Positions 7,594 through 16,946 of a stretch of DNA of 31,431 nt are shown one piece after another; position 1 is the first letter of the stretch, and each line of letters begins with the position of its first letter. The DNA is from Minisyncoccota bacterium. Lineage in GTDB: Bacteria > Patescibacteriota > Minisyncoccia > UBA6257 > XYB1-36-10. The notes under the pieces are model-generated. The model worked only from the letters and a program-made list of their open reading frames with translations. It was not told the origin of the DNA and ran no database searches. The position numbers were made by a program, and so were the translations under genes. The DNA lies in assembly GCA_028709185.1 (NCBI GenBank), contig JAQVXM010000001.1, positions 1 to 31,431 on the forward strand. The letters are read 5' to 3'.

Positions 7594-8418
7594 ATGAAAA
7601 TAGACGGAAAAAAAATAGCGGAGGAAATAAAAGAAAAAATAAAGAATTCTTTTGATTTTGTTCGAGAGGCAAAAAGACCGCATATTTTGGCAGTGGTTTA
7701 TGCAGGAGAAAATCAAGCGTCAGAAACTTTTATAAAAATAAAAGAAAAAACAGCAAAAGAGCTAAAAATTGATTTTAGAGTTTATAAGTTTAGCGAAAAT
7801 ATTTCCAGTAAAAAATTGAGAGAAGAGGTGGTAAAAATTGGAAAACAAGAATTAGTCAAAGGTTTAATAGTTCAGTTGCCATTGCCTGAAAAAATTAATC
7901 GGCAAAAAATTTTAAACGCTATACCAGAAAAAAAAGACTTAGATTGTCTCTCGGAAAAAAATTGGGGTAAATTAGTGTTGAAAAAAGAAGGAGTTTTGCC
8001 GCCGGCCGTTGAGGCGGTAAAAGAAATTTTAAAAATAAAAGAAATAGATTTCAGTTTACAGGGAAACAATATGAGAGTGGCGGTGGTAGGGGCTGGATTT
8101 TTAGTAGGGAAGCCGGTAGCGGTGTGGATGATGGGGAAAGTGGGGGAATTGGCTGTGTTTGACGAGGGAAGTGATTTAAACGAACTTAAAAAATATGATT
8201 TAGTAGTAACCGGAGTAGGAAAGGCGGGAATAATAAAAACTGAATTTTTAAAAGAAGGGGCGGGAGTGATTGATTTCGGATATGATGGAGGAAAAGGAGA
8301 TTTAGACGTAAATAATGAAAAAGAATTAGAAAAGTTATCTTTTTATACACCAACTCCCGGAGGAACCGGGCCAATATTAGTGGCAAAACTGTTTGAAAAT
8401 TTTTTCAAATCGGTTTAA
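7594..8418 (+). CDS. folD: Bifunctional methylene-THF dehydrogenase / methenyl-THF cyclohydrolase
   Basis: MKIDGKKIA, GLIVQLPLP, KDLDCL, VGKPVA, VIDFG and TPTPGGTGP (canonical TPVPGGVGP). It lies close to glyA. Confidence 0.93.
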   Translation: MKIDGKKIAEEIKEKIKNSFDFVREAKRPHILAVVYAGENQASETFIKIKEKTAKELKIDFRVYKFSENISSKKLREEVVKIGKQELVKGLIVQLPLPEKINRQKILNAIPEKKDLDCLSEKNWGKLVLKKEGVLPPAVEAVKEILKIKEIDFSLQGNNMRVAVVGAGFLVGKPVAVWMMGKVGELAVFDEGSDLNELKKYDLVVTGVGKAGIIKTEFLKEGAGVIDFGYDGGKGDLDVNNEKELEKLSFYTPTPGGTGPILVAKLFENFFKSV

Positions 8419-8518
8419 AAAAATAATCATTTTTATTAGTCAGCGGTTGTTAGTTAATTTTAGCTGTGTTTTTAAAACAGTTTTTTTAGATTGCTAGGTT
8501 GATTTTTTTGAATAATAG

Positions 8519-8547
8519 TTGACAAAATAAAATAATATGTATATATT
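8519..8547 (+). promoter_or_regulatory. Sigma70-type promoter
   Basis: Perfect TTGACA, a 17-nt spacer and TATATT, about 40 nt upstream of ORF 8588. Confidence 0.65.
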
Positions 8548-8587
8548 CTAGAAAGAATCAAATAAAATAAAAGGAAGGAAGAGAAAC

Positions 8588-8830
8588 ATGAATAAATTTG
8601 CGGTTCTGATTTATCGGAAAGTTAAGGAAAAAGCAAGAATAAGTATTATTTTTTGTTCGTCATGTTCTTCGGCAGAATATTATGTTTCCTCTTTCACTCA
8701 AGAGGAAAACAATAAGATTGTCGCTTTGTTAAACGTTGAACAAAGGGTTATTAGCTTGAAGAAGGGAGAAAGCGTAGTTCCTTTTCTTAACTGGTTAAAT
8801 AAAAATGTCCCAAATTGGAAAGCAAATTAG
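8588..8830 (+). CDS. Small hypothetical protein (80 aa) with a CxxC motif
   Basis: Has its own promoter, a purine-rich SD (AAGGAAGGA) and a terminator. Contains CSSC. Confidence 0.7.
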   Translation: MNKFAVLIYRKVKEKARISIIFCSSCSSAEYYVSSFTQEENNKIVALLNVEQRVISLKKGESVVPFLNWLNKNVPNWKAN

Positions 8831-8852
8831 AAAATGGGATAGCGATTTTTAC

Positions 8853-8884
8853 AAAAGAGGTGAAAAAAATCACCTCTTTTTTTT
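8853..8884 (+). terminator. Intrinsic terminator
   Basis: AAAAGAGGTGA-A6-TCACCTCTTTT 11-bp perfect stem running into a T-tract. Confidence 0.85.
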
Positions 8885-8955
8885 ACTAAATAGTGTCAAA
8901 AGTTGATAAAAATAATAAAGTTATTATAATTTGGTTTAAGATTTAATTTTATTTT

Positions 8956-10311
8956 ATGGCAAGGCGTCATTTTTACGGTTATATTTTTTTGACGGCAGTC
9001 TTAGCTTTTTCTGCCGGTTTTTTATTTTGGAATTATTCAAAAGGGGAAGAGATATTTAATTTGAATCCAATTATTTTTCAAGGAGGAAATGGAAAAAGTT
9101 TCCAATATGGAGCTTATCCAGAACTTGGCAATGCTGATTTTTTTAAAAAAGTGAAAGAAAGAATAATGAAAGAGGGACAAAAATTCATAGAAGCGGATTT
9201 GTCGGAAATGAAAATAAGGTTTTATGAAGGAGAAAAAATGATATTTGAGGCGCCAATAAAGACGAAGGGAAAAGAAGGTTCATGGTGGGAAACACCGGCA
9301 GGAATTTATGAAGTAAAAGAGAAAGAAAAAAATCATTTTTCTTCTTTTGGAAAAGTTTATACGCCGTGGAATATACAGTTTCAGGGAAATTTTTTTATAC
9401 ATGGATGGCCTTATTATGAAAACGGAACTCCGGTTAGTTCTGAATACTCAGGAGGGTGTGTGAGATTAGGAGATGAAGATGCTAAAAAGATTTATGAAAT
9501 GGCGGAAAAGGGAATGCCGATTTTGGTTTTCGAGAGTCATTTTGGAAGTGATAATTTTAAACCAATAATAAAGGAGGAAATAAAGGCAACAGCGGAAGCA
9601 TATCTTGCGGCAGATTTAAAAAGTAATTTTGTGTATGCAGGAAAAAATACCGAAGAGATAAAACCGATAGCATCAATCACAAAACTTGCAACAGCTTTAA
9701 CGGCAGCGGAATACATAAATTTAGAAAAAGAGATAGAGATTTTTCCGGAAGCAATAATTTATACTTCTAAACCGAGACTTGAAGTTCAAGAAAAATATCG
9801 AGTTTTTGATTTGCTTTATCCGATGCTTCTTGAATCTTCAAATGAAGCGGCAGAAGCAACCGCAATAAATTTTGGAAGAAACTATTTTATTAAAAAAATG
9901 AATGAAAAAGCTGTGGCTCTTGGCATGGAAAAAACTATATTTGTTGATCCAACCGGAGCGGGGGAAGGAAATGTGGCGACAGCGGAGGATTTATTTAATT
10001 TGGCAAAATATCTTTATTTTAATAGAAGTTTTGTTTTGGATATTTCTTCAGGAGGAGCAAAAAATACAGCTTATGGAGATACGGCTTTTGAAAATTTGTC
10101 CAATTTTAATGATTTTTTGCTGGAGGGATTTAAAGGGGGGAAGGTAGGAAAAACAAATGTGGCTAAAGAAACAGCTTTGATGATTTATGAAATTGAAATA
10201 AACGGAGAAAAGAGACCGGTAGCGGTGATAGTTTTAGGAAGCGAAAATAATAAGGAGGACGTGAAAGAAATTTTAAGAGTGATAAGAGAAAAGTATAGTT
10301 TGGCTGAATAA
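8956..10311 (+). CDS. Fusion of an L,D-transpeptidase (YkuD) domain and a D-Ala-D-Ala carboxypeptidase (peptidase S11) domain, with an N-terminal membrane anchor
   Basis: YkuD motifs are ETPAGIY and FFIHGWP...SGGCVRL (His/Cys). S11 motifs are PIASITK (SxxK), ESSNEAA (SxN), FVDPTG and GGKVG (variant KTG). Confidence 0.88.
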   Translation: MARRHFYGYIFLTAVLAFSAGFLFWNYSKGEEIFNLNPIIFQGGNGKSFQYGAYPELGNADFFKKVKERIMKEGQKFIEADLSEMKIRFYEGEKMIFEAPIKTKGKEGSWWETPAGIYEVKEKEKNHFSSFGKVYTPWNIQFQGNFFIHGWPYYENGTPVSSEYSGGCVRLGDEDAKKIYEMAEKGMPILVFESHFGSDNFKPIIKEEIKATAEAYLAADLKSNFVYAGKNTEEIKPIASITKLATALTAAEYINLEKEIEIFPEAIIYTSKPRLEVQEKYRVFDLLYPMLLESSNEAAEATAINFGRNYFIKKMNEKAVALGMEKTIFVDPTGAGEGNVATAEDLFNLAKYLYFNRSFVLDISSGGAKNTAYGDTAFENLSNFNDFLLEGFKGGKVGKTNVAKETALMIYEIEINGEKRPVAVIVLGSENNKEDVKEILRVIREKYSLAE

Positions 10312-10329
10312 AAAATGGAATTGCTTGAT

Positions 10330-10392
10330 AAAAAAACAACAGCTAAAAAAAACAGGGCTAATCACCAATCGTTTTTTAGCTGTTATTTTTTT
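10330..10392. repeat. 21-bp inverted repeat (20/21 complementary) enclosing GGGCTAATC
   Basis: AAAAAAACAACAGCTAAAAAA (10330-10350) versus TTTTTTAGCTGTTATTTTTTT (10372-10392), in the convergent gap before the recA stop. Confidence 0.8.
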
Positions 10393-10519
10393 AGATAATT
10401 TCTTAGTAAGGGGTAGAGTGATGATAAGGTAATTGTCTAACCGACAATTTTTATTGAAGAAAAATTAAAGATATGAATAAAAAATAGAAATAGTTCTTCA
10501 AAATGGGGCTAATCGTCAA

Positions 10520-10539
10520 CCTGCCTGCCGGTAGGCAGG
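10520..10539. repeat. GC-rich REP-like palindrome CCTGCCTGCC/GGTAGGCAGG
   Basis: A near-perfect 20-bp palindrome (one G-T pair) in AT-rich intergenic DNA. It resembles a short palindromic repeat I recall from Parcubacteria genomes; copy number cannot be assessed here. Confidence 0.7.
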
Positions 10540-10627
10540 AATTTTCTCAGAATTGTCGGCAATTTAAATAATTTTTCCGTGAAAGGGAAAAGCGATAATA
10601 ATACAGTTATTTTCGGTGACTTCGAAA

Positions 10628-11644
10628 TTATATTTGTTCTTCTTTTATTTTTTCTAAAACTTTCTTTTTTATAGAATCAAGAAGTTTTTTATCTTCTTTT
10701 AGCTTGTTTTTGGCGTTATCAAAACCGACAGCAATTTTTTCTTTTTCAAAGGAAAGGGTGGAGCCGGATTTTGTGACGATGTCATATTTTATGGCGGCAG
10801 TCAGAACGTCGGCTTCATAAGATATTCCTTCACCCCACATAATAAAAAATTCGGCAATTTTAAAAGGAGGAGCAACTTTATTTTTAACCACTTTAACTTT
10901 AACTTGACTTCCGACAATTTCTTCTCCTTTTTTGACTTGAGCGATGCGGCGAACGTCGATGCGGACAGAGGCATAGAATTTGAGAGCGCGGCCACCAGGA
11001 GTAGTTTCGGGATTGCCGAACATAACGCCTATTTTTTCACGAAGCTGATTAATAAAAATAATAAGCGTTTTACTTTGATTAGCGATGGCTGAAATTTTAC
11101 GGAGAGCTTGACCCATCATGCGGGCTTGAAGGCCCATATGCTGAGCACCCATTTCACCTTCAATTTCAGCTTTAGGAGTTAGAGCGGCAACAGAATCAAC
11201 AACAACAACGTCAATGATTTTTGAGCGAACCAAGCTTTCTAAAATATTTAAAGCTTCTTCGCCATTATCCGGTTGAGAAATGAGCAATTCATTTATTTTA
11301 ACGCCTAGTTTTGCGGCGTAGTCAGGATCCATGGCATGTTCAGCATCAATAAAAGCGGCTTTTCCTCCTTTTTTTTGGGCTTGAGCGATTATATTTAAAG
11401 CAAGAGTGGTTTTTCCAGATGATTCCGGTCCATAAATTTCAACAATGCGTCCTTTTGGGAGACCATTAACACCAAGAGCGATATCAAGAGAAAAAGAACC
11501 AGTAGGAATAACATCAACATTAACTTTTCTGACTTCTCCTAAGGTCATAATGGAACCCTCGCCAAAACGACTTTTTAATTCAGAAAGAAGAGATTCGATA
11601 TTTTCTTTAGGTTCAATATGCGCGGCTGATTTCTTTTTTGCCAT
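10628..11644 (-). CDS. recA: Recombinase RecA
   Basis: [29 protein letters not shown] (Walker A), [43 protein letters not shown] and [11 protein letters not shown]. Confidence 0.99.
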   Translation of the reverse strand: MAKKKSAAHIEPKENIESLLSELKSRFGEGSIMTLGEVRKVNVDVIPTGSFSLDIALGVNGLPKGRIVEIYGPESSGKTTLALNIIAQAQKKGGKAAFIDAEHAMDPDYAAKLGVKINELLISQPDNGEEALNILESLVRSKIIDVVVVDSVAALTPKAEIEGEMGAQHMGLQARMMGQALRKISAIANQSKTLIIFINQLREKIGVMFGNPETTPGGRALKFYASVRIDVRRIAQVKKGEEIVGSQVKVKVVKNKVAPPFKIAEFFIMWGEGISYEADVLTAAIKYDIVTKSGSTLSFEKEKIAVGFDNAKNKLKEDKKLLDSIKKKVLEKIKEEQI

Positions 11645-11745
11645 AGATATTCAAAATATAATCCATTATCTGCTGATAAAGAATTATTGATAAATAATAA
11701 TGATATTATTATACGATTTTTGATTTTGATTGCCAATTTAAGAAA

Positions 11746-12441
11746 TTATTCCGATGGTATGGCGTCAGGAGAATTTTCATTTTCAGTTTCGGAAGAAGAA
11801 GGAGAAGAATCAGTTTTTTCGAAAATTATTTGGCGAGAGACAGAAGTTTCACGTCCGAGAAATTTTTTAGTTTTTATTTCGAAAGTGTTAACACCTTCCT
11901 GAAGAAGAACGCTTTTTTCAAAAGAACCATCTTCTTTTATATCAACAAGTTCGTTGTTGATGGAAAGTTTATTTTCCAACTCGGCATTTCCTCTTAAAAC
12001 ATAAGTTTCAATGTTGGTAGAAATATTTGATTCAGCCGGATCAAGAACGACAAGATAAGGTTTTCCAAAAAGAGCGTTAAAACGAAAAATAAGATAAACA
12101 AAAACAAGGACGACAAAAGAAGAAATAGTAAATATTTTTGTATTATTAATCGGTTCGAAAGCAAAACGGTTCTTAGGAAGAAGATCTTTTTCTCCGGAGG
12201 TTCTGATGTCGAATTCTTTTTTGAAAACTTGCCAGACTAGTTCACTTTCAAGATTAAGCGTTTCAGAAAGGCGGGTAAAATAGCCATGCAAATAAGGAGA
12301 CGAGGGAAGTTTTTCATAATCACCGCGAATAATGAGTTCAACATAATGTTCCGGAACACGGCTTAATTCGGCAAGTTTTCCAATACTTAAACCTTTATGT
12401 TCTATAGCATCAATGATTATTTCTTTAAACGGTTTATCCAT
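11746..12441 (-). CDS. rodZ: RodZ-like protein: N-terminal HTH, one TM helix and a C-terminal Ig-like domain
   Basis: KGLSIGKLAELSRVPEHYVELIIRGDYEKLPSSPYLHGYFTRLSETLNL matches the RodZ HTH. It has a single TM helix and lies between ftsK and recA. Confidence 0.7.
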   Translation of the reverse strand: MDKPFKEIIIDAIEHKGLSIGKLAELSRVPEHYVELIIRGDYEKLPSSPYLHGYFTRLSETLNLESELVWQVFKKEFDIRTSGEKDLLPKNRFAFEPINNTKIFTISSFVVLVFVYLIFRFNALFGKPYLVVLDPAESNISTNIETYVLRGNAELENKLSINNELVDIKEDGSFEKSVLLQEGVNTFEIKTKKFLGRETSVSRQIIFEKTDSSPSSSETENENSPDAIPSE

Positions 12442-12526
12442 AAGATAAAAATAAAATAAAAAGACATCACTTTTTTAATACAAAATATGGTGTATTAAAT
12501 ATATTAAAGTATGGTTTTTACGGAGA

Positions 12527-14692
12527 TTATGCGTCTTTATTTATTTCGCCAAAACGAGAATCACCTTCATTACCGAGAAAAACTTCTCTTGGTTTGGCTC
12601 CCTCTCCTGGTCCAATTATGCCTTTTTCTTCCATAATATCAAGCAGGCGAGCAGCTCGGGCATAACCAACTTTAAGGCGACGTTGAAGAAGGGAAGCGGA
12701 AGCTTTTTGAGCTTGTTTAACAGTTTCGATGGCTTCTTCGAGCATATCATCTTCATCTCCGCTTGTTTCAAAATTGTCAAAAAGATCTTTTTTGTCAATT
12801 TTTTCTTTTTCATCGCTATTTTCTTTTGATTTTTCGAATTCCGGTTTTTCTTCACCTTCAGCAATTTCATCAGTTATTTCTTTATTGTTTTCTCTAATGA
12901 AATTGGCTATTTCCTGGATTTCATCTTCAGTAACAAGAGGAGATTGAATTCTTTTTGGTTTGGAAAAAGTGGGGCTAATAAGAAGCATGTCTCCTTGTCC
13001 TAGAAGTTTTTCAGCTCCGGAAGTATCTAAAATAGTGCGGGAATCAATTTGGCTTGCAACTTTAAGGGCGACACGAGTAGTGATGTTAGCTTTAATCAGA
13101 CCGGTAATAACTTCAACGGATGGTCTTTGAGTGGCGAGAATCAGGTGAATGCCAACAGCGCGGGCCATTTGAGAAAGGCGGATGATATAACCTTCCACTT
13201 CTTTTCCGAAAGAAGACATTAAATCGGCAAGTTCGTCGACAGTAATTAAAAGATAAGGCATTTTTTCTCCTTCTTTAGACTTGGAGATTTTTTCGTTATA
13301 GCTTTTTATGTCGCGAGCGCCTGAATTATGAAGAATCTCATAACGTTTTTCCATTTCGCTAATAGCCCAACGGAAAACGCCAACAGCTTTTTTATTTTGA
13401 ATAACAACAGGAGCGACGAGATGGGGAATGCCTTCATAAACGGAAAGTTCAACGCGTTTCGGGTCAATAAAAATAAAGCGAAGATTTTCAGGAGAATTTT
13501 TATAAAGAAGAGAAATAATAATGGAATGAAGAGTGACGGATTTTCCGCTGCCGGTTGAACCGGCAATCAGCATGTGAGGCATTTTATCAATATCCGTATC
13601 AATCGGTTCGCCAGTAACATCACGGCCTAAAATGACGCTTAAAGGAGAAAGATCTTCAAAATTCGAAGTGGAAAGAAGATTTCCGAGACGAACTATAGCG
13701 GCGACTTTGTTTGGAACTTCGACTCCGACTAAAGATCGGCCGGGGATAGGCGCTTCAATTCTAATAGGATGAGCAGCAAGGGCGAGAGCAAGATCTTGGC
13801 TTAAAGCAACAATTTTGGAAAGTTTGACACCTTCGGCCGGTTTTAAAGTATAGCGGGTGACTTTAGGTCCGACATTAATTTCTCCCATTTCAACAGGAAT
13901 ATTAAAACTTTCGAAAGTGCGTTTAATAATATTGGCGTTAAGGCGAAGATCTCCGGCAGTCGCTTTTTCATTAGAAGATTTTAAAAGAGAAAGCGGAGGA
14001 GGGACATAATTTTTAAAATCGATTTTTTTAACTTTCTTTTTAAAAACGGAAAAAATAGGTTCTTTGACTTCAAGGTCTTTTTCTTCTTCCTTTATTTCTT
14101 CTTTGGACTCTTTTTCTGATTTGGTGTCTTTTTCGGCTTCAGTAATTTTTTTCATTTCCTGATTAGTAAGTTTTTCTTCTGTCTGGTTGTTTTTATTTCT
14201 TCTAAAAAAGGAAAGAATTGGGAGGTTTAAAATAAAAATAAGAGAAGAAAGGAGAATAGCAACAGAAATAAGAAGAGCGGCAATAAAGCCAAAAGGAATT
14301 TCAATCATGCCGGCGAGATTACCAGATAAGCCACCTTTTCCGGGAAGGATGAGGTCGATAAAACCCAGCCCGGAAATAATAAAAACAATTCCTCCAAAAA
14401 GGGTAGGACTTAAAATTTTTTCGTGACCGGAAGTAATTAATATAATAGAGATAAGGAGAAAGGCTATGGGAAAAAGATAAAAACCGAAGCCAAAAAGATA
14501 AGAAAGCCAGGAAAAGATAAGATTGCCGGCAGGACCAGAAGAGCCAAAAGCGGAGAGAATAAGGATAATGGATGTAACAAAAAGAATGATAGAAACAATT
14601 AATTTTTTAGTTTCGGGATGAAGAAAGCTCCATTTTTCTCTTTCTTCATCTTCATATCTTTCTTTTTTTAATCTTTTTTTGCGGCGGGACAT
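12527..14692 (-). CDS. ftsK: DNA translocase FtsK/SpoIIIE
   Basis: N-terminal 4-TM domain, IRIEAPIPG, HMLIAGSTGSGKS (Walker A), IDPKRVEL, VDELADLM, ARAVGIHLILATQRPS and the gamma domain ASASLLQRRLKVGYARAARLLD. Confidence 0.98.
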   Translation of the reverse strand: MSRRKKRLKKERYEDEEREKWSFLHPETKKLIVSIILFVTSIILILSAFGSSGPAGNLIFSWLSYLFGFGFYLFPIAFLLISIILITSGHEKILSPTLFGGIVFIISGLGFIDLILPGKGGLSGNLAGMIEIPFGFIAALLISVAILLSSLIFILNLPILSFFRRNKNNQTEEKLTNQEMKKITEAEKDTKSEKESKEEIKEEEKDLEVKEPIFSVFKKKVKKIDFKNYVPPPLSLLKSSNEKATAGDLRLNANIIKRTFESFNIPVEMGEINVGPKVTRYTLKPAEGVKLSKIVALSQDLALALAAHPIRIEAPIPGRSLVGVEVPNKVAAIVRLGNLLSTSNFEDLSPLSVILGRDVTGEPIDTDIDKMPHMLIAGSTGSGKSVTLHSIIISLLYKNSPENLRFIFIDPKRVELSVYEGIPHLVAPVVIQNKKAVGVFRWAISEMEKRYEILHNSGARDIKSYNEKISKSKEGEKMPYLLITVDELADLMSSFGKEVEGYIIRLSQMARAVGIHLILATQRPSVEVITGLIKANITTRVALKVASQIDSRTILDTSGAEKLLGQGDMLLISPTFSKPKRIQSPLVTEDEIQEIANFIRENNKEITDEIAEGEEKPEFEKSKENSDEKEKIDKKDLFDNFETSGDEDDMLEEAIETVKQAQKASASLLQRRLKVGYARAARLLDIMEEKGIIGPGEGAKPREVFLGNEGDSRFGEINKDA

Positions 14693-14814
14693 AAATAAAG
14701 GAATAGAAAATTACAATAAACGGGTATAAAGCACATAATTAATGATTATATTATATAATGACTGGTTATAAATTTCTAATGATAAAGCAAAAAAGATATA
14801 ATAAACAGTAATAA

Positions 14815-16191
14815 ATGAAAGAAAACGTTTTTAAAGAATATGATATAAGAGGAAGATGGGAAAAAGAAATCGATGAAAAATTCGTGGCGGATTTTGTAAA
14901 AGCGTTTTTAGAATATTTAAGAAATGAAATTTTATACTCCGCAACAGATGAACTTCGATTAAAAAATAAAAATTTGAAGATTTTAATCAGCAGAGACAGA
15001 GAGTTGGTTTCAAAGAAAGCATATAATGTTTTAAAAAAGGAACTTATAAGTAATGGATCAAAAGTGATTGATTTTGGAGAAACGGCAATACCACTTCATA
15101 ATTTCGCGTCGGGAAAAGAAAAAACAGACGGAGCGATAATGGTGACGGCATCGCATTTGTCAGAAAAATATACAGGATTTAAGATTTCAAAAAACGGAAC
15201 AGAACCAGTAAGACTTGAAGAATTAAAAAATAAAATAATAAAAAAAGAGTTTTCAAATCGGATTGAAAATGAATTTTTAACAAAAAAACGTTTCAATAAA
15301 AGTGAAACAGACGTTAAAAATAATTATTTAAAAAAATATATAAATTCTTTAGAAAAAAAGATAAAAATAAAAAAGAAATGGAGAGTGGTTATTGATGCCA
15401 GCGGAGGAGAAACCGGAATAATTTTGAATAAAGTTTTTAAAAAAATTTCAAAATTAGAAGTAAAAAAAATTTGCTTTCAAAAATGCAAACATAATGACAA
15501 TCCTCTAGAAATAAAAAATCAAAGAGAAATAAAAAGAACCATAAAAAAAGAAAAGCTTGATTTAGGAGCGATGTTTGACGGAGATGGCGATAGAATTATA
15601 TTTTTTGACGAGAGAGGAAAATTTGTCAACCCAAGTTCAATTTTAGCAATACTTATAAAAGGAATGAAGCCAAAAGAATTTATTGGAAATACGAGCGTGG
15701 GGATGGCGGCTAGAGAAATTGCTAATAAATTTATAGAAACAAGGACGGGGCATGTATTTATAAAAGAAGAAATGAGAAAGAGAAAATCAGAGATGGGAGG
15801 AGAACATTCCGGACATATTTATTTTAAAGAAAATTTTTACACGGAAGATCCAATTTTCGCTTTTTTAAAATTATTGGAGATTCTAGAAAAAAGTGGAAAA
15901 AAAATGAGTGAATTTTTGAAAGAAGCAGATCCATATTTTAAATCAGAAGAAAAAAATTTTAGATTTTCAGAAAAACATTTTCAAGAGGTAAAAGAAAGGA
16001 TAAAAAGAAGTTTTAAAGCGGAAAAAATTTCAGAAATTGACGGGATAAAAATTAAAGAACAGAATTGGTGGTTTAATTTGAGAGAGTCGGGAACGGAAAA
16101 TAAAGTCAGATTGAATGTGGAAGCAAAAAGCAAAGAAGAGTTGAAAAAAATAAAAAAAATAGCAACAGCATTCATACAAAAGAAATCTTAG
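14815..16191 (+). CDS. Alpha-D-phosphohexomutase (phosphomannomutase/phosphoglucomutase family)
   Basis: FKEYDIRG, VTASH (catalytic Ser), FDGDGDR (metal loop), GGEHSGH (sugar-binding loop) and RESGTE. Confidence 0.95.
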   Translation: MKENVFKEYDIRGRWEKEIDEKFVADFVKAFLEYLRNEILYSATDELRLKNKNLKILISRDRELVSKKAYNVLKKELISNGSKVIDFGETAIPLHNFASGKEKTDGAIMVTASHLSEKYTGFKISKNGTEPVRLEELKNKIIKKEFSNRIENEFLTKKRFNKSETDVKNNYLKKYINSLEKKIKIKKKWRVVIDASGGETGIILNKVFKKISKLEVKKICFQKCKHNDNPLEIKNQREIKRTIKKEKLDLGAMFDGDGDRIIFFDERGKFVNPSSILAILIKGMKPKEFIGNTSVGMAAREIANKFIETRTGHVFIKEEMRKRKSEMGGEHSGHIYFKENFYTEDPIFAFLKLLEILEKSGKKMSEFLKEADPYFKSEEKNFRFSEKHFQEVKERIKRSFKAEKISEIDGIKIKEQNWWFNLRESGTENKVRLNVEAKSKEELKKIKKIATAFIQKKS

Positions 16192-16353
16192 AAGATATTT
16201 TTTATTTTTTAATTTTAGTCGGGGTTATTTTGCAAAAAACCTGAATTTTCTGTAGAGTTTTAGGATTGGATAAATATTTAAAAGAAGATAATTTTGTCAA
16301 CATGAGAGCGACAGGAAAGAGATGAAAAAAACGTAATAATAAATGATAAAAAT

Positions 16354-16926
16354 ATGGATAAAATAGTAATAGACGTAGAAACAAAGAATTCTTTTGCGGA
16401 TGTCGGCGGGCAGCAGTTTATAAAAGACTTACAAGCTTCTTTTGTGGGGGTTTATTCTTATAATAAAGACAAGTATTTTTCTTTTTTTGAAGACCAATTT
16501 AAAGAATTGGAAGGGTTTTTAAAAGGAGCCGGATTGATTGTGGGATTTGGTTTAACCAGATTTGATGTGCCAGTAATGGATAAATATTTTGAAATGAATT
16601 TTTTTTCTGTTCCAAGATTGGATATTTTAGATGAGATAGAAATGACAGCAGGAAGAAGAATAAGTTTGAATATCCTTGCTAAAACAAACATAGGAATAGA
16701 AAAAACACAGGAAAGCGGATTGGAAGCTATAAGATTGTATAGAGAAGGAAAAATGGAAGAGCTAGAAAAATATTGTTTGCAGGATGTAAGAATAACAAAA
16801 GAGATTTATGATTTAACAAAAAAACAAGGATATTTACTTGTTCCAAACAGAGTGACAGGAGAAAATGAAAGAGTGAGTCTTAATTTTAACGAAGGAGAAA
16901 TGATAAAAAGCCAAAGCTTATTTTAA
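16354..16926 (+). CDS. RNase H-like DEDD 3'-5' exonuclease domain protein (YprB/RNase_H_2-like)
   Basis: VIDVET, VGFG..RFDVPVM, LDIL and YCLQDV acidic motifs. Confidence 0.85.
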   Translation: MDKIVIDVETKNSFADVGGQQFIKDLQASFVGVYSYNKDKYFSFFEDQFKELEGFLKGAGLIVGFGLTRFDVPVMDKYFEMNFFSVPRLDILDEIEMTAGRRISLNILAKTNIGIEKTQESGLEAIRLYREGKMEELEKYCLQDVRITKEIYDLTKKQGYLLVPNRVTGENERVSLNFNEGEMIKSQSLF

Positions 16927-16946
16927 AAAGAGGTAATTTTAAATAA

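Noticed and set aside
10315-10398. 27-codon ORF (MELLDKKTTAKKNRANHQSFFSCYFFR) just after the transpeptidase gene
   Set aside because: It coincides with the 21-bp inverted repeat, which explains its K-rich/F-rich mirror composition, and it has no RBS.
10435-10560. Integron attC site (GTCTAAC matches RYYYAAC)
   Set aside because: There is no matching GTTRRRY core at a suitable distance downstream, no cassette array and no integrase.
16225-16256. Hairpin TCGGGGTT...TTTTGCAAAA...AACCTGA after the phosphohexomutase gene
   Set aside because: The stem is imperfect with only a weak U-tract. It is possibly a terminator but too weak to call.
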